DNA from: Amoebophrya sp. A120
Taxonomy: Eukaryota; Protista; Dinoflagellata
Direction of reading: 5' to 3'
DNA: 64,000 nucleotides
Assembly: GCA_905178155.1 (NCBI GenBank)
Contig: CAJINV010000002.1
Location: 6,676,476 to 6,740,475, forward strand
Position 1 is the first letter of the stretch. Each line of letters opens with the position of its first letter. The notes beneath the pieces are model-generated. The model made no database searches and was not told the origin of the DNA. It was given only the letters and a program-made list of their open reading frames with translations. A program made the translations under genes and the position numbers. Below are positions 34,750 through 46,600 of the stretch, piece after piece.

Positions 34750-35703
34750 AAATGAAAAAGAAGGGCAAGAGATCGTGTACGACGAGGAAAAGAAAATATC
34801 AATATGAAGACTCGCTCCCACTGTAATGTATCGGTCGTGATTACTTATCGAGATCTGTCAGGAGGTGCGAGAGTTGGGATTCTGTCTTTGCGCTGTCGAA
34901 AAGACGAGAAAAAATATATGAACAGATCATATCTATTTTCGGTTCTGTGCTACGAAGGGGGTCATAAGTGGCCTCGATTCGGTGAAGTGAAGTGACGCAA
35001 TTTACTTATTTGTGATCCCGACTGATGTTCAGATTCAGTTCTTGATCTTGATTCCCCGAAAGGCAAATATTTGAGGCCGTCATCGATCGTTCCACAGAGT
35101 CAATCAAGTTATTCAAGAGTGCTGAATGTGGATCTCAAAACTACCGCATGTTGATATTCGCGATCAAAGCCGTCGGTTCTGGAGCAAGTTGTTTCGAGTT
35201 TGATGAAGGATTTGCTTCCCCAGGATCTCCATATAGGTATTGCACCATCTTGGAGACCCAATGATCACAACAACTACGAACATACATTCGTTAGTATGAG
35301 CTCGATAAGTATATCGGACTCGAAGTAGATGTAGAAAAAGATAAAAAGCACATACGAAAGTAGCACGACAGCATCAATGCCTTTTGTTTGAAAAGCCATG
35401 TGTACCTAGTGTTCACCCAAGATAATTGTCCGGAAAATACTTCTTCAGCATTGATTTTTTTGCGCAAGGAAAATTTTTTGATAAAATCATAGACGACCAC
35501 TTCTACTAGTATTCTCGTAAGATTTTCTTTTTCCGGAAAAAAAAAGAGACTTTTTGTAAAATCATTGACAACTATTAGCACAAGAGGGAGAGGCAACAGC
35601 ATTCATTTATCAATAGGCATCAGTCATCAGTTTGTGTTTTTCTTTTTTCCGATTTTTTCTCTACCAACCTACTTCACGACGGAGCTGCAACAGAAAGTAC
35701 AAA

Positions 35704-38700
35704 ATGTTGGCAAGAAAGCTCCGGCTGATCTTGTCTGCAGAGTTCTTCCCGCTGTGTGGCCTTTTGCTCGGCGCTTCCTGCTGCTTCCCGACTGTTTTCG
35801 GGGTAAAAGTGCAGCTCTCGGCTGCTGCTGCAGCAGCAGCAGCAGATGGGCCCACTCCAACGATACCCGCCGCTCCACCGGCGTCTTTCGACATGGTGGT
35901 GAAGGCCACGCCGTCCAAGTTTCTGTACCAAGAAGGCGGGACGCACCGCATCCACCTGCTTTTCCCTCTCTCGAACGCTGCGAAGATTCAGGGGGAGCAC
36001 GCTATTTTTAACACGGACAACACCTGCCAGTCCGCCAAAGAAGCGCAGGTCTTTGTGTTTGGGGAAGAGCACTCGGATGAAGTGCACGGCAGCCGGCCGA
36101 ACGTGCTGAACGGCAAGAATGTGGTGGTCCGGGCAAGGAAGGAGATGAGTGCGTTCGAAACTTTCCTCCAGCGGGTGGTAGACCGCGTGCCCGTTGCCTC
36201 GGTGGTTCCGAACCCGGGCTTCGATCAGCTCTGGGGCGCGGACGCACACGACGTGCTGCGCAACATCCGCAAGCGCAGTGCGATGCTGCGGACTTACGAA
36301 CCATTGGTGACCACTTTTGTGGACGATCCGGTGATTCAGAGCGGCATGATAGGCGCTCACCCCAATTTTCCACGACAATTGATGGAAGTAGTCAATGGAG
36401 ACGCAGCGCGGGCCACGGGAGTGTCCTCCGACGGCGCCGACGGGGTGATCAATCTGCGCACCTTCATCATCGACCCGGTAGACCTATGAGAATGCACAGC
36501 TCCCCCTTCCCTCATTTGAGTGTCATGAGCAGCAACACTACACAAGCAATGCCAGAAATCTGGCTTCCGCATTGCAAATCTGGGAGCGGATTGTGGTGCT
36601 GTTTGAGGCTCCAAAATTTGTCTTGCAGACTGTCCTGAGAGACAAGATGTCGATTTGGTATTTTGTACGAAAAACAATGAGGGAGAGGGGGAGTTGTGCA
36701 CTTTCATAAAACCCGGACAACTACCACCGGTGGGGCGGCGTGCCATCCCAACACATCGCCGGAAAGAGGCACGGATCCCGCCACACAGTGAACCTGGACC
36801 GGTTGCCGATGACGGTTGAAAATGTGCAGGTGGCGGCCGGCCCGCAGCGCTTCAGAATGTCGGTTGGGAATGATCACTCCTGGAGAAACGCGCTGCTGAA
36901 CGAGCTTCGCCAGCAGGTGCAACAGGCGGATCCGGTGTCCGGAGCAGAGGTGCGTAGGAACCGCTACGAGTGGAAGCAGGCCGAGCTCGCGCAGGAGCAG
37001 CGCGAGTCAGCCGCGGCTGCTACGCCCGGGGGCAGTAGTAATTCTACTGGTGCACCACTCGCAACCTGGATTGCCGCAAACGCGGCAGAGATAGCCGCGG
37101 CGGCCTCATCTACTCCCGGTGGTGGAGATAGTGATGCTCAGCTGCCTGTGCACGCAGGAGATTGGACGAGTCCCGCCTTTCTGGGATCGAAAAGTATTGC
37201 CGATGTGAATGCTATTTACCGCGCGGCTGCGCAGAAAGTCTACGCAGCCTTGCAGGAAAAGCACGGCTTAGATTGGCCGGGGCTACATCCGCTACCAATT
37301 TTGGGGCTGAAGGTGGCGCATTGGGACGACCCGGAGATTTGCTACAACTTGAGCGGCTACAATACAGCGATGTTTGGTGATGATGACGATGCGCCCTTTG
37401 CCGGGATCATGGCGAATTTTCCTGGATCTCAGACTACGCTGCGCGACGCAATTGCACACGTGTTCTTCAGCTGCTTGGCAGCGGCGGCCGGCCCCGACAA
37501 AACGGCCAGCGATGTGCAGGCATTGTTGAAAGGCCCCACGGCCGAGCTGCCGAACCCGTTCCTTCTGGAGGGTCCGGATGCCAGTGTGGAGAAGTTTGCC
37601 GACATGTTTTCCGTGTTTGTCGCACTGATCAGCACCTACCTAGACGCACAGGGCATTTTTTCGCGCGGCAACGGGGGCGCGCAGGTGGGGCTTTTCTTGG
37701 TGAAGAGCATGAAAACTTGGGCGAAATACCCGCGCTCGCTCTTCAGTGCGGTGCAGCCTTCTGGCTTGACGCGAGGGCACCGTTTTCACAGGTCTGGCGG
37801 AGCGCAGCCGGCGTTGCACGATGATGCCTCCAATTGCGTTACTTGGGGCCCGACCAGCCCAAGTCGGGCCGACTTGGGGAACCAGTACCATCGTTGGGAC
37901 TGCACGAAAGTTCCCCACAAGAACCCACTCCGCATGTTCACAGACGCCAAGAAGCCCGATGATTCGGGGAGGACGTTGCTTTGGCATCAAATTTTGAACG
38001 TGCTCCAGGCGATCGTGTTGAACCTGGCCGACTGGGGGCATGTGTACTTCACCCAGGACGAGCTCCACACTCCGGAAAAGCAGGCTGAGCTCGGAATCTC
38101 CGCGGACTGGGGCGCGGTCAGTACATGGAATGAATCGCGGAAGAAACTGACCGCGTACCGAAAATTGTTCGACATCACCACGACCGTGTCCGACCACGTC
38201 GACGAGGCTGAGCGCGTGCGCAAGATTGTCTGGTATGCACTGCAAAGCTGTCCAATTCTGGGTCTGCAAAGTTGTCGCGTTGCCAATGTGAAACTCAGTA
38301 AAGTTAGTAGCATAAGAAAATAGTATGCAACCGAGGTGGAACTCGAGCGCACGATACTGAAGTTCTATTTATGATCGGAGCAGAAGTGCGTGCCCCTTGC
38401 CTAAGCGTACGCGTACTGGGCGAGGGTCTTCCGTCCAACTTTGGCGCTTTTGCATAACATCTGCAAGAAAACATGACTCGGGCCTGCTTTACTTCGTTGT
38501 TAGTGTGATCATCATGTAACATGACCAACATGACGCAGAGAGGTCTTTATTAGGAATTATGCAGCGAGCATTTGTATTTGACTTTGACTAGTCCGTGCGC
38601 AAGTTTATGAGAAGTCTATGCAACGCCCTTCAAAAGGTAGGCTCAGATAATAGAATGTTTGCACAGCTGCTGCATATCTGGGAACCGAAGCCGATTCTGG

Positions 38701-41659
38701 AAAAGCTCGCGACGGACCTGGAGAATATCTGGCAAAACTTTTGGGTTGTCGAGAAGGACCAGGCCCACTTGGACGAGTTTGCCGTTTTGTTTCGGAACGC
38801 CGCGATGCCGCGCATGGGTATCAGCCCGACCATAGACCGGCGGGCGTACTCGGACGTGGCGGTGGACTACAGCAGCGCCTTGCAGATCCCGTTTCTGGAG
38901 TACTGGAACAAGTACTACAATAGCGACCGCGTGCGACTGAGTGCGAGGCTTGCGCCTTATTTGAGCGCTGTCAACCACGCGCGCAACAGTTGGAGCTTGC
39001 TCGCGACTGCGCATGACGAGGCGGTCGAACGGGAGAGCGGTGTCAGTCATGCGTGGAAGGAGAGAAACAAGATCCAACAGGATCCGGACGCACATCCCGG
39101 AGCCGACCCGACGACCGGGTTTCGCGGAAAAGAAACGTTTCGGCTGAAGCACAGCTTCGTGAAGGACATCCGGCGGAGCAAGTATAGCGTGGCAACGGAG
39201 AACGTGGCCCTGCAGAACACGCTCGCGACGGTGGAAAATCTTTCGATTTTCGACTTTTGGAGCACTATCGTGCGTACTCGAAAAACCGTAATTAGCGGCT
39301 AAGTTGGTACGGCCCACAGAACAAGAGCAAGCGAATGAAACTTTTTCCGCACGACTGCTAGCTCCTGCATTCTCCGACTTCCCAAGCTAAGTGCTGCAGG
39401 ATTGCTCTCCTTCTGCTTTTTCCCTGGGGGAAAAACCGCGCGCGTCCGTACTTGAGATTTTGCGTTTTATTCACTCGATGACGATGATGCGCAAATGCAA
39501 AAACTCTGAGGCATAAGTTCCCTAATGGCACGTGCCATTAGGGAACTTATGTTTTTGCATTTTCGAAAAACATAAGTTCCCTATTGGCACGTGCAACTAG
39601 GGAACTTATGGCTCGAGATTTTGGGTTTTTTTTTTTTTTCACTCCATCATGCGAAAATGCAAAAAGTCTGAGGCATAAGTGGAGCTTATGTTTTTGCATT
39701 TTCGAAAAACATAAGTTCCCTATTGGCACGTGCAACTAGGGAACTTATGGCTCGAGATTTTGGGTTTTTTTTTTTTTTCACTCCATCATGCGAAAATGCA
39801 AAAAGTCTGAGGCATAAGTGGAGCTTATGTTTTTGCATTTTCGAAAAACATAAGTTCCCTATTGGCACGTGCAACTAGGGAACTTATGGCTCGAGATTTT
39901 GGGTTTTTTTTTTTTTTCACTCCATCATGCGAAAATGCAAAAAGTCTGAGGCATAAGTTCCTTAATGGCACGTGCCATTAGGGAACTTATGTTTTTGCAT
40001 TTTCGAAAAACATAAGTTCCCTATTGGCACGTGCAACTAGGGAACTTATGGCTCGAGATTTTGGGTTTTTTTCACTCGATGATGCGCAAGTGGAAATGCA
40101 AAGACTCTGAAGCATAAGTTCCCTAATGGCTCGGGCCATTAGGGAGCTTATGTTTTTGCATTTTCGAAAAGCATAGAAATAGATATCCTATTTGAGCGCG
40201 TAAATAGGAAGCTACTCCTTTGATGAAGCTTTGGTTTTTTTCCGCAAAGGGAGCGCTTTGAAGCTTTGGCTTTTTTCCGCAAGAATAGAAGGGGAGCGCC
40301 TCGCCCTGGTGCAAGGGTTTTCATTTCTGCTCGTGTCATGGGGACCACGCACGGCGCGACGCAATACTAGCTTTCTTGTGTTGTGGCTCGGAAAGAGTTA
40401 CCACTTTAGCCGCTTATTACGGTATGCCGAGTACCGCGGCAAGTGCGCCGCACTCCGAGGCATCGGAGGAAACCGCGAGACTGCTGCTGACGAGCGCATT
40501 TTCGCTGCCCAGTAGTCGCGCAGCTCCAGGAGCTGCTAATCAAGAGCATGGAGCTGTGCCAGCGAAAGTGCATTACCTGCAGCTTTTCCACAAATACATC
40601 GCCAGGAATAACGTCCTCGGCCGGTTCGCGGAGTGGCACTACACGGTCGTGCAGCAGCACGTCGCGCGGCTGGAGTACCGCACGGAAACAATGACTCTGG
40701 ACAACGAGAGACTGTTTCACCTGCTCCGTCACAACTATTTGCTGCAGAAAGCCCTTTCTCCCCCCGCAAAGCTCAGGGCACTGCTGCATGCGGAACAAAA
40801 CGGCACTGGGAACCAGCGTTGGAGTGGGATGAGAGAGGCACTGACGCCGAACGCCAGCACTGCGAGGGCCGCGATCTCCGAACTCTTGCACCGTAACCCA
40901 CCGGAGTGGTGGACGCCGGCGGGCGCGGAGTCGCCGCGGTTGCGTGTCGAGAGCGACGCGGCCCACGGGCGGTTGCTCATCAACGTTACCCCGGAGGAAA
41001 AGAGATACCTCGAGCGAATTGTGCAGCACCGCACGAAGCATTTCTTCTTGTCCAAGACGGACGCGGCGAAGTTGTATGTTAACGCGAACTTCTTCGCGCA
41101 CGACGCACACAACCTCATCCAGCACACATTGCAGTTGTCGCACAATGTCGACGCGCTCGACTTCTCGACCGAAGCGGCGCGAACAGAGTTTCAGGGAAAG
41201 TTCGACCGCTTAATAGACCACCCGGCGTTTGATTTGTTGCCACAAGACAAAGCCAGCCGTCGGGAATCTTTCGGTGCATGGCTGAATGCTCGGGCTTCCC
41301 AGAGCGACGCGCTATGTTCTCCGAAGGTTCTGGCCGCGCTGCTCATTGGGATAAGCGCTCCGGATGGGTCGATCGGCAGGGATTTCTTCCTTCCACCAAA
41401 AATCTCCACGCCGGGCCACGCTGCGCGCGCCGACACGATACCGGGGAATGTAGCTGCTTCTACCGAGAGAAGCGGTTTACACCTGCTCGCGGAGCATCCG
41501 TTTCTCATGTTCCCCAGCTTGGAAGAACATGATGTGATTGGGATGAATGATACCGTGGGGCAGCGTGTTTTGTCGCAAATCGGGTACTTTTTGGAAGATA
41601 TCTCAGAAGAGCAGTATAGGGTTCTAAAAGGACTGCTAGTCCAGAACATAGAATTTTGA
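35704..41659 (+). CDS. Hypothetical secreted protein (~1365 aa). Exons 35704-36484, 36714-38233, 38682-39265, 40447-41659
   Basis: Signal-peptide-like N terminus. Four ORFs are joined in frame by removing three TIR/TSD elements (4098 nt total). The last junction is less certain. Confidence 0.7.
36485..36708. mobile_element. Introner family D copy (224 bp), same orientation as 34247
   Basis: TIR TATGAGAATGCACAGCTCCCCCTTCCCTCATT / AATGAGGGAGAGGGGGAGTTGTGCACTTTCATA; TSD AGACC/AAACC. Removing 229 nt gives PVDP-DNYHRW. Confidence 0.9.
38234..38676. mobile_element. Introner, singleton with short or decayed TIR (443 bp)
   Basis: TATGCA...TGCATA termini and perfect TSD TCTGG. Removing 448 nt gives KIVW-EPKPIL. 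Confidence 0.82.
39266..40441. mobile_element. Introner-like element (1176 bp) carrying a palindrome tandem array
   Basis: ~40-bp imperfect TIR GTACTCGAAAAACCGTAATTAGCGGCTAAGTTGGTA / TACCACTTTAGCCGCTTATTACGGTATGCCGAGTAC; degenerate TSD AGCAC/AGTGC. Removing 1181 nt joins ORFs 38595 and 40376 in frame. Confidence 0.72.
39495..40175. repeat. Tandem array (139-bp core period, ~4.5 units) built from 40-bp palindromes
   Basis: Perfect palindrome CATAAGTTCCCTAATGGCACGTGCCATTAGGGAACTTATG at 39512-39551; variants at 39571, 39710, 39849, 39952, 40011 and 40113; poly-T tracts. Confidence 0.95.
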
Positions 41660-43670
41660 GCGACCACGTGACTACCTTGAAGATGATCTTGACGGAGATG
41701 AAGCGGAGGTAGAAGTATTGTTTTAAGCATATTATGGATAGTGTACAGGAGCACCGCCACGCTTCAGATTGTCTCTATAGCTGGAGCGCAGACGGCTCCG
41801 TTGCACCGATGTACGATTTTTTGGAAAAATTGCGCGCCGCGGTGACCAGGTACGGTCAAGCTGGTGGGTAAATATTCTTCGTATCGTGCGCAGCAGGAGC
41901 TGTTTCTGAAGATCAAGAATATGAAGAAGACGCCCCTTATATTTTTTACATCAAGTTTATCAATCTAATATCGATGGCCCGCTTGCTACACGTACGAGAT
42001 GTCATTGTACGTGCATGCTTTTTTGAGTACATACATGTCGATCGACTAGACTCTTGTGGTACTACGGAATAAAACATTTTTAGCATAGTAAATGTCGTCA
42101 CTACAGCAACACGAACCTTGAACATTGTTCCGTCTAGCAGCGGTTCGGACAGATTGCAAGCAAAGACGGCGCAGACGCGGTTATGTTACGTCGACTATAA
42201 TCTATCGCTTTCTCTACGATTTCCCTTTACCAGAGTACTGCGCGTGCGTTACGTAGGATGTTCATCGTCGAAGCAGGGAAGCTAGAGATCAATCTGCACC
42301 GCACAGAAGTGCAGCATAGGTCGTTCCAGGTTTTCCATTCTGGATTGAGTTGTGGCAAAACAAAAAATTTTAAACATACAAACATGCTCTACCATTTTAC
42401 GGCCGTTGCTGGAGTTGCGAGTGCGTGACTTCAGCTGCGAGTCTGCGTCGCGGGGCAGATAGACGCCCTCGCACGCAATGCCACAAAGTCAAAAAAGCCT
42501 TATTTTGTGCTCAGTATTGTTGTTTATCTTTATGATTTGTGAGTGTATGATAAGATAAGAAGTATACTGTAGGACTGTAGAAGCTGGCGTGCCATTTATT
42601 TTTATGTCCGATGAAGAAGGTCGTGTTGTATAGACTGTAGAATGCGATTGCGATATCGCCAGGCGGCTGGGGCATGGGACCGCCTCCAATTTGAAATGGC
42701 TGAACTCGCACATGAAACACGTCAATTCACTGTGAGCACAAGGATTTTTGAGATGGTGGAGCCGAAAGTGGCACATTATCGCTCGATTTCATCGTCGGCG
42801 TTGTCGTTGAATCGCGATCTGTCGTAGCGGATAACGCAATTTTCATCGTGCGACGAAGAGAAGGCCGTGCATAGTTTCCTTTGATTCTCAAGAAACAATG
42901 AGCGGATTAATCAGATGAACTTCGAGCGAAGAAGTTTTACATTTCGTTTGAATTCGTCGTGCTTAGAAAATGAGTTGGTCTTCCTGCCATCTGCAACATC
43001 TACTGAGCGTTGCCTTGTCGTGGTCGCTTCTTTCTTCGTCTCGGTTTTCGGGCAAATTCGCTTTTATTCGTCGTGGTCGCAAAAGTACGGAACATCGATT
43101 GACTTTGTCGGAGTTGGAATCTTTTGTACATTTGTTTCATCAATGAATGTTGCAGGTCCATCCATCTACTGCATCGTGTTTCGTGCTTATGGCGTATTTT
43201 CTTCATCGATCGTTTTTCTCTCCTGAACAAGAGACAACACTAAAGCTAATGATCTTTTTCTTGGAGATGACTCTTTGATAGGGAGATTGCGAAGGAGAAT
43301 ATTTGGAGTTGCTAATCACGGTCTCCATTTATCGTTCGCTTCTCAACAAGTGGGGGGACGGGGACCTGCTTCTTGTTTCTTCCTTTTTCAACACCGAGGA
43401 GAATTGTGAAGTTTACTACTTATCTCCAATAGCAATATGATGGCGCTGGCGCACATTCGTGGACGCGAAAGTAGGACCGTGCGTTTGCCTTCCTGAAGAA
43501 CCGCGATAAAGTTGTAGCAAAACGACAAGAATATGAATAAATCCGCTGGCAGTTCGCAGGTCCAGTCTTTGTGAAAAGATTGAGGAAAATACAGTAGTCT
43601 TGCTTGTCAACGACCGCACCAACCTAATACTCGGTGTACTAAATCTAAGTCGACCACGCCGCCCTGCACC

Positions 43671-46600
43671 ATGCCTCCAAATAAGAGAAAAGCCGCGGCA
43701 TCTTCCCGCCGAGATGAATTCCAGGTGGTGGGCGCGGTTACTCTCCTCGATAGGCACATGAGTTTTGCCGATGTCGCTGCTCCACCATCTACCGGAGGCC
43801 TATTTCCGGTTGCGCAAGTGCAGGACGGAATCTCGTTCGCTGAAGGAACATCTTCTAGAGACAATGACTACAGCAACGCAAATGACAATGACAACAGCGA
43901 TGAAGATCAGCAGCAGCTGTACAACGGCGTCGAAAATATGAAAGACAGTGCGACCTCCGCCACCGCGGGTAGTTCCTCCGATCAAGTGCAACATCTCTCC
44001 ATCGGAGGTTCACGACAACGGGTGTACCTGCCCGCCCAGATGAGCCAGAGCGGTCCGGGCCCGGCTCTGCAGTCCGTGCTGCAGCGGGAAGCCCAGCGGA
44101 GCATGGCTATCGAGGATGCCTTGCGGAGTAAAAAACTGCAACGGCAGATGTCGCCTCGCGCAGAGGCAGCCAGAAGTAGGGTTGCGGCTCAAGGAGAGCC
44201 GGCTGTCGCGCTGGGGCGGAAAAGCAGTAGAAGTCCTGCTAACCGCGGAGCTACCACCAGCAACAGAAAACTGCAATCTACAAGAGCGTCGCAGAAACCC
44301 GCAGCTGAAGACTTGCAGTTCCAGCAGCAATCCCTTGTCGGCATACAAGACATCGCGAGAGCAACGAAGGTGGCGCAAATAAAGCTGTCACCGCGATCGG
44401 CGGGCAAGTCGAAGATAGGTGGAAAAGTAACAATTAATACCGGCGCCCACGACGTTCTTGCTCCTGTTTTCATGAGCAGGCTGGATATCAAAAATACTAA
44501 TACAGGAGCTACTACTTCTGGTGACGACGTGATGGAAGGACACACCATTGAGGACGTGATGCAGCGAGAGAAGTTGGTCCACCAAAATGATCAGCAACCC
44601 GGAAGAACTTTTGCTACTCAACAAGCAGACCAACTGCAGTCGTCGTCCCGGAAAAGTCGCTCACCATCTTCCCGCAAAAGTACCAGGGGAGCTAAATCGG
44701 AAGTAGTGAAAAGCACCTACGGCACACAGTCGCAGCAACAGCCACCTTCAACTACACAAGAAATCGACGCACCTCGTCGCGACGGTCCGGCCCCTGGCGC
44801 CGGGCAAAGACCTGCAAAATCAAAAATTTACGAAGTGCAGGAACGGTTTCGAAGCGAACAACAAATTCTGAGCTTTCAAGAAGGCCAAGTGGGGCAGCAA
44901 AGTTTTGACGTGCCGCAGAATCAGCTACAAGCAGCAGGCGAATTATCGAAAACAAATCCTTCAGCTTCTCCTCCTCGCAGACCGACCGTACCTCAACAAA
45001 AGGTGACAATTGGGAAGGACAGAGACAGAGCTACGGGTATGAAATCAAATAAAGTAAAGCGCGCAGGTAAAGATAGTTCTCTTGCCGAACAGCAACAAGT
45101 TAGAAGTGCGCCACCTTCATCTGTTGGCGCATCTTCTGCACCATTATTGGTACAACCGGGGCCAGGCGATCGGGACCTTTTGGAACAGCAGCATTTTTAC
45201 CCCACGGGGACGGACAAAAATTCCAGGAAGCAGAAGACCAAAGTGGGAAAATTGCAGATGAATGCGGACAACTGGATGGAGAACAGAAGGGGTTACCAGC
45301 AGAATGAAGAAGTTTATCAGCAGAATGTGAGCGAATTCGATTCAGGAACCATCATGCCAGATGAGTACGATTTGGAGCAGTTGAAGTCGAAGAGAAAAGA
45401 CCGCATCAGGGAACAGCCGATGATTCCTTCTTTTCACAATACCTACCTCTCCTCCGACACCTCCGCAAGAATGACGAACAGCATTGAGGAAAGTCGCGAG
45501 AGGGGAACAATTTCGACGAGCCAGTTGGGAAGCGGTGATACTGTTGCTGCAGTGCCTCCGGCGATGTCCTCGATGAGGGGATCTGACCAGCAGCGCGCAC
45601 TCTTGTCCAGCAAAAGACCAAAACAGGAAGACGAGGAGCAACGGTCGTCGGTGGATTTTCTGACATTGCGATCATCAGCTGCGCCCACGCCTGCACCTAC
45701 CAGTGAATTCCTCCAGCGTCAGCAAGCCGCGCCGTCATCTCTACAGCCACCTCAAAGCGGAGCTCCTGCAGCAGGACCCAGTTCCTCTGGTAGGAAGAGC
45801 GCGTCGTCCTCACGCGGCTTCCGCTCGGGACGTGCTTCGCACACTGTGGTGGATGATATTATCTCTTCGGGGAATGCAAGTGCAACGCCAACGCCAACCT
45901 TTGTTGGTGAGGCTAATTATATACCGGCTCCTGATCATCCAGGACCAAGATCATCGCAAGGGCAGCGACGGAAGACGCCAACTTTCCCTACTGCAGATGG
46001 CAACGGACCAGCAGCTCCACGCGGAAATAGTCCGGGACAAGGAGCAGCAGGACCACCACCATTTCGCGGCCAACGGCGTCAGCCGCGAAGTTCGAATGCA
46101 AATGGAACAATAAATACAGGTCCTTCGAGCAAAACCGTGACGTTTTCCGTTGATGAGGGACCACGGGGTGCTAGTGGTAGAGACGATGTCGATTTCAACT
46201 TTAGCTCGGGCGCGTTTGGACACCAGACAGAAGAAGTAGTAGTTCAAGGGGAAGGTTCTGCCCGTGTAGTTTCCGCGCAATCTGGTGCCGCGTCGAGAGG
46301 GTCCTCCGTAGTTGTGGAGAGCGGCTTTGCGTCCGCGGAGTCGAAGAGTGTGAATTACAGTTCTGCGGGGACCGCGTCAGGCTCCTCTTCTTTCGCCGCT
46401 TCGTCTTCCTTTGCGCCCGCGAACGCGGCGGTTTCTTTTGCGAGCAGCGAGGAAGACGAAGATTTTGGCGATGATGCGGGACAAACCGAGACGATTGTTG
46501 ACAAGGACGAGCCTGTATCGTTCGGCAGTCAAGCCGCGACATACAGTCGCGTGCAAAGCTTCCACGGAGCTGCACAACGGGCCGGTGGGACGAGGACGAG

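Noticed and set aside
39495-40175. CRISPR-like array of palindromic repeats
   Set aside because: The intervening sequences are themselves repeated rather than unique spacers, there are no cas genes, and the context is eukaryotic.
39263-40445. CACTA-type transposon (CACTA at 39263, AAGTG at 40441-40445)
   Set aside because: No 3-bp TSD (GAG versus CGC). The TAT-start, 5-bp TSD reading fits the other elements and restores the frame.
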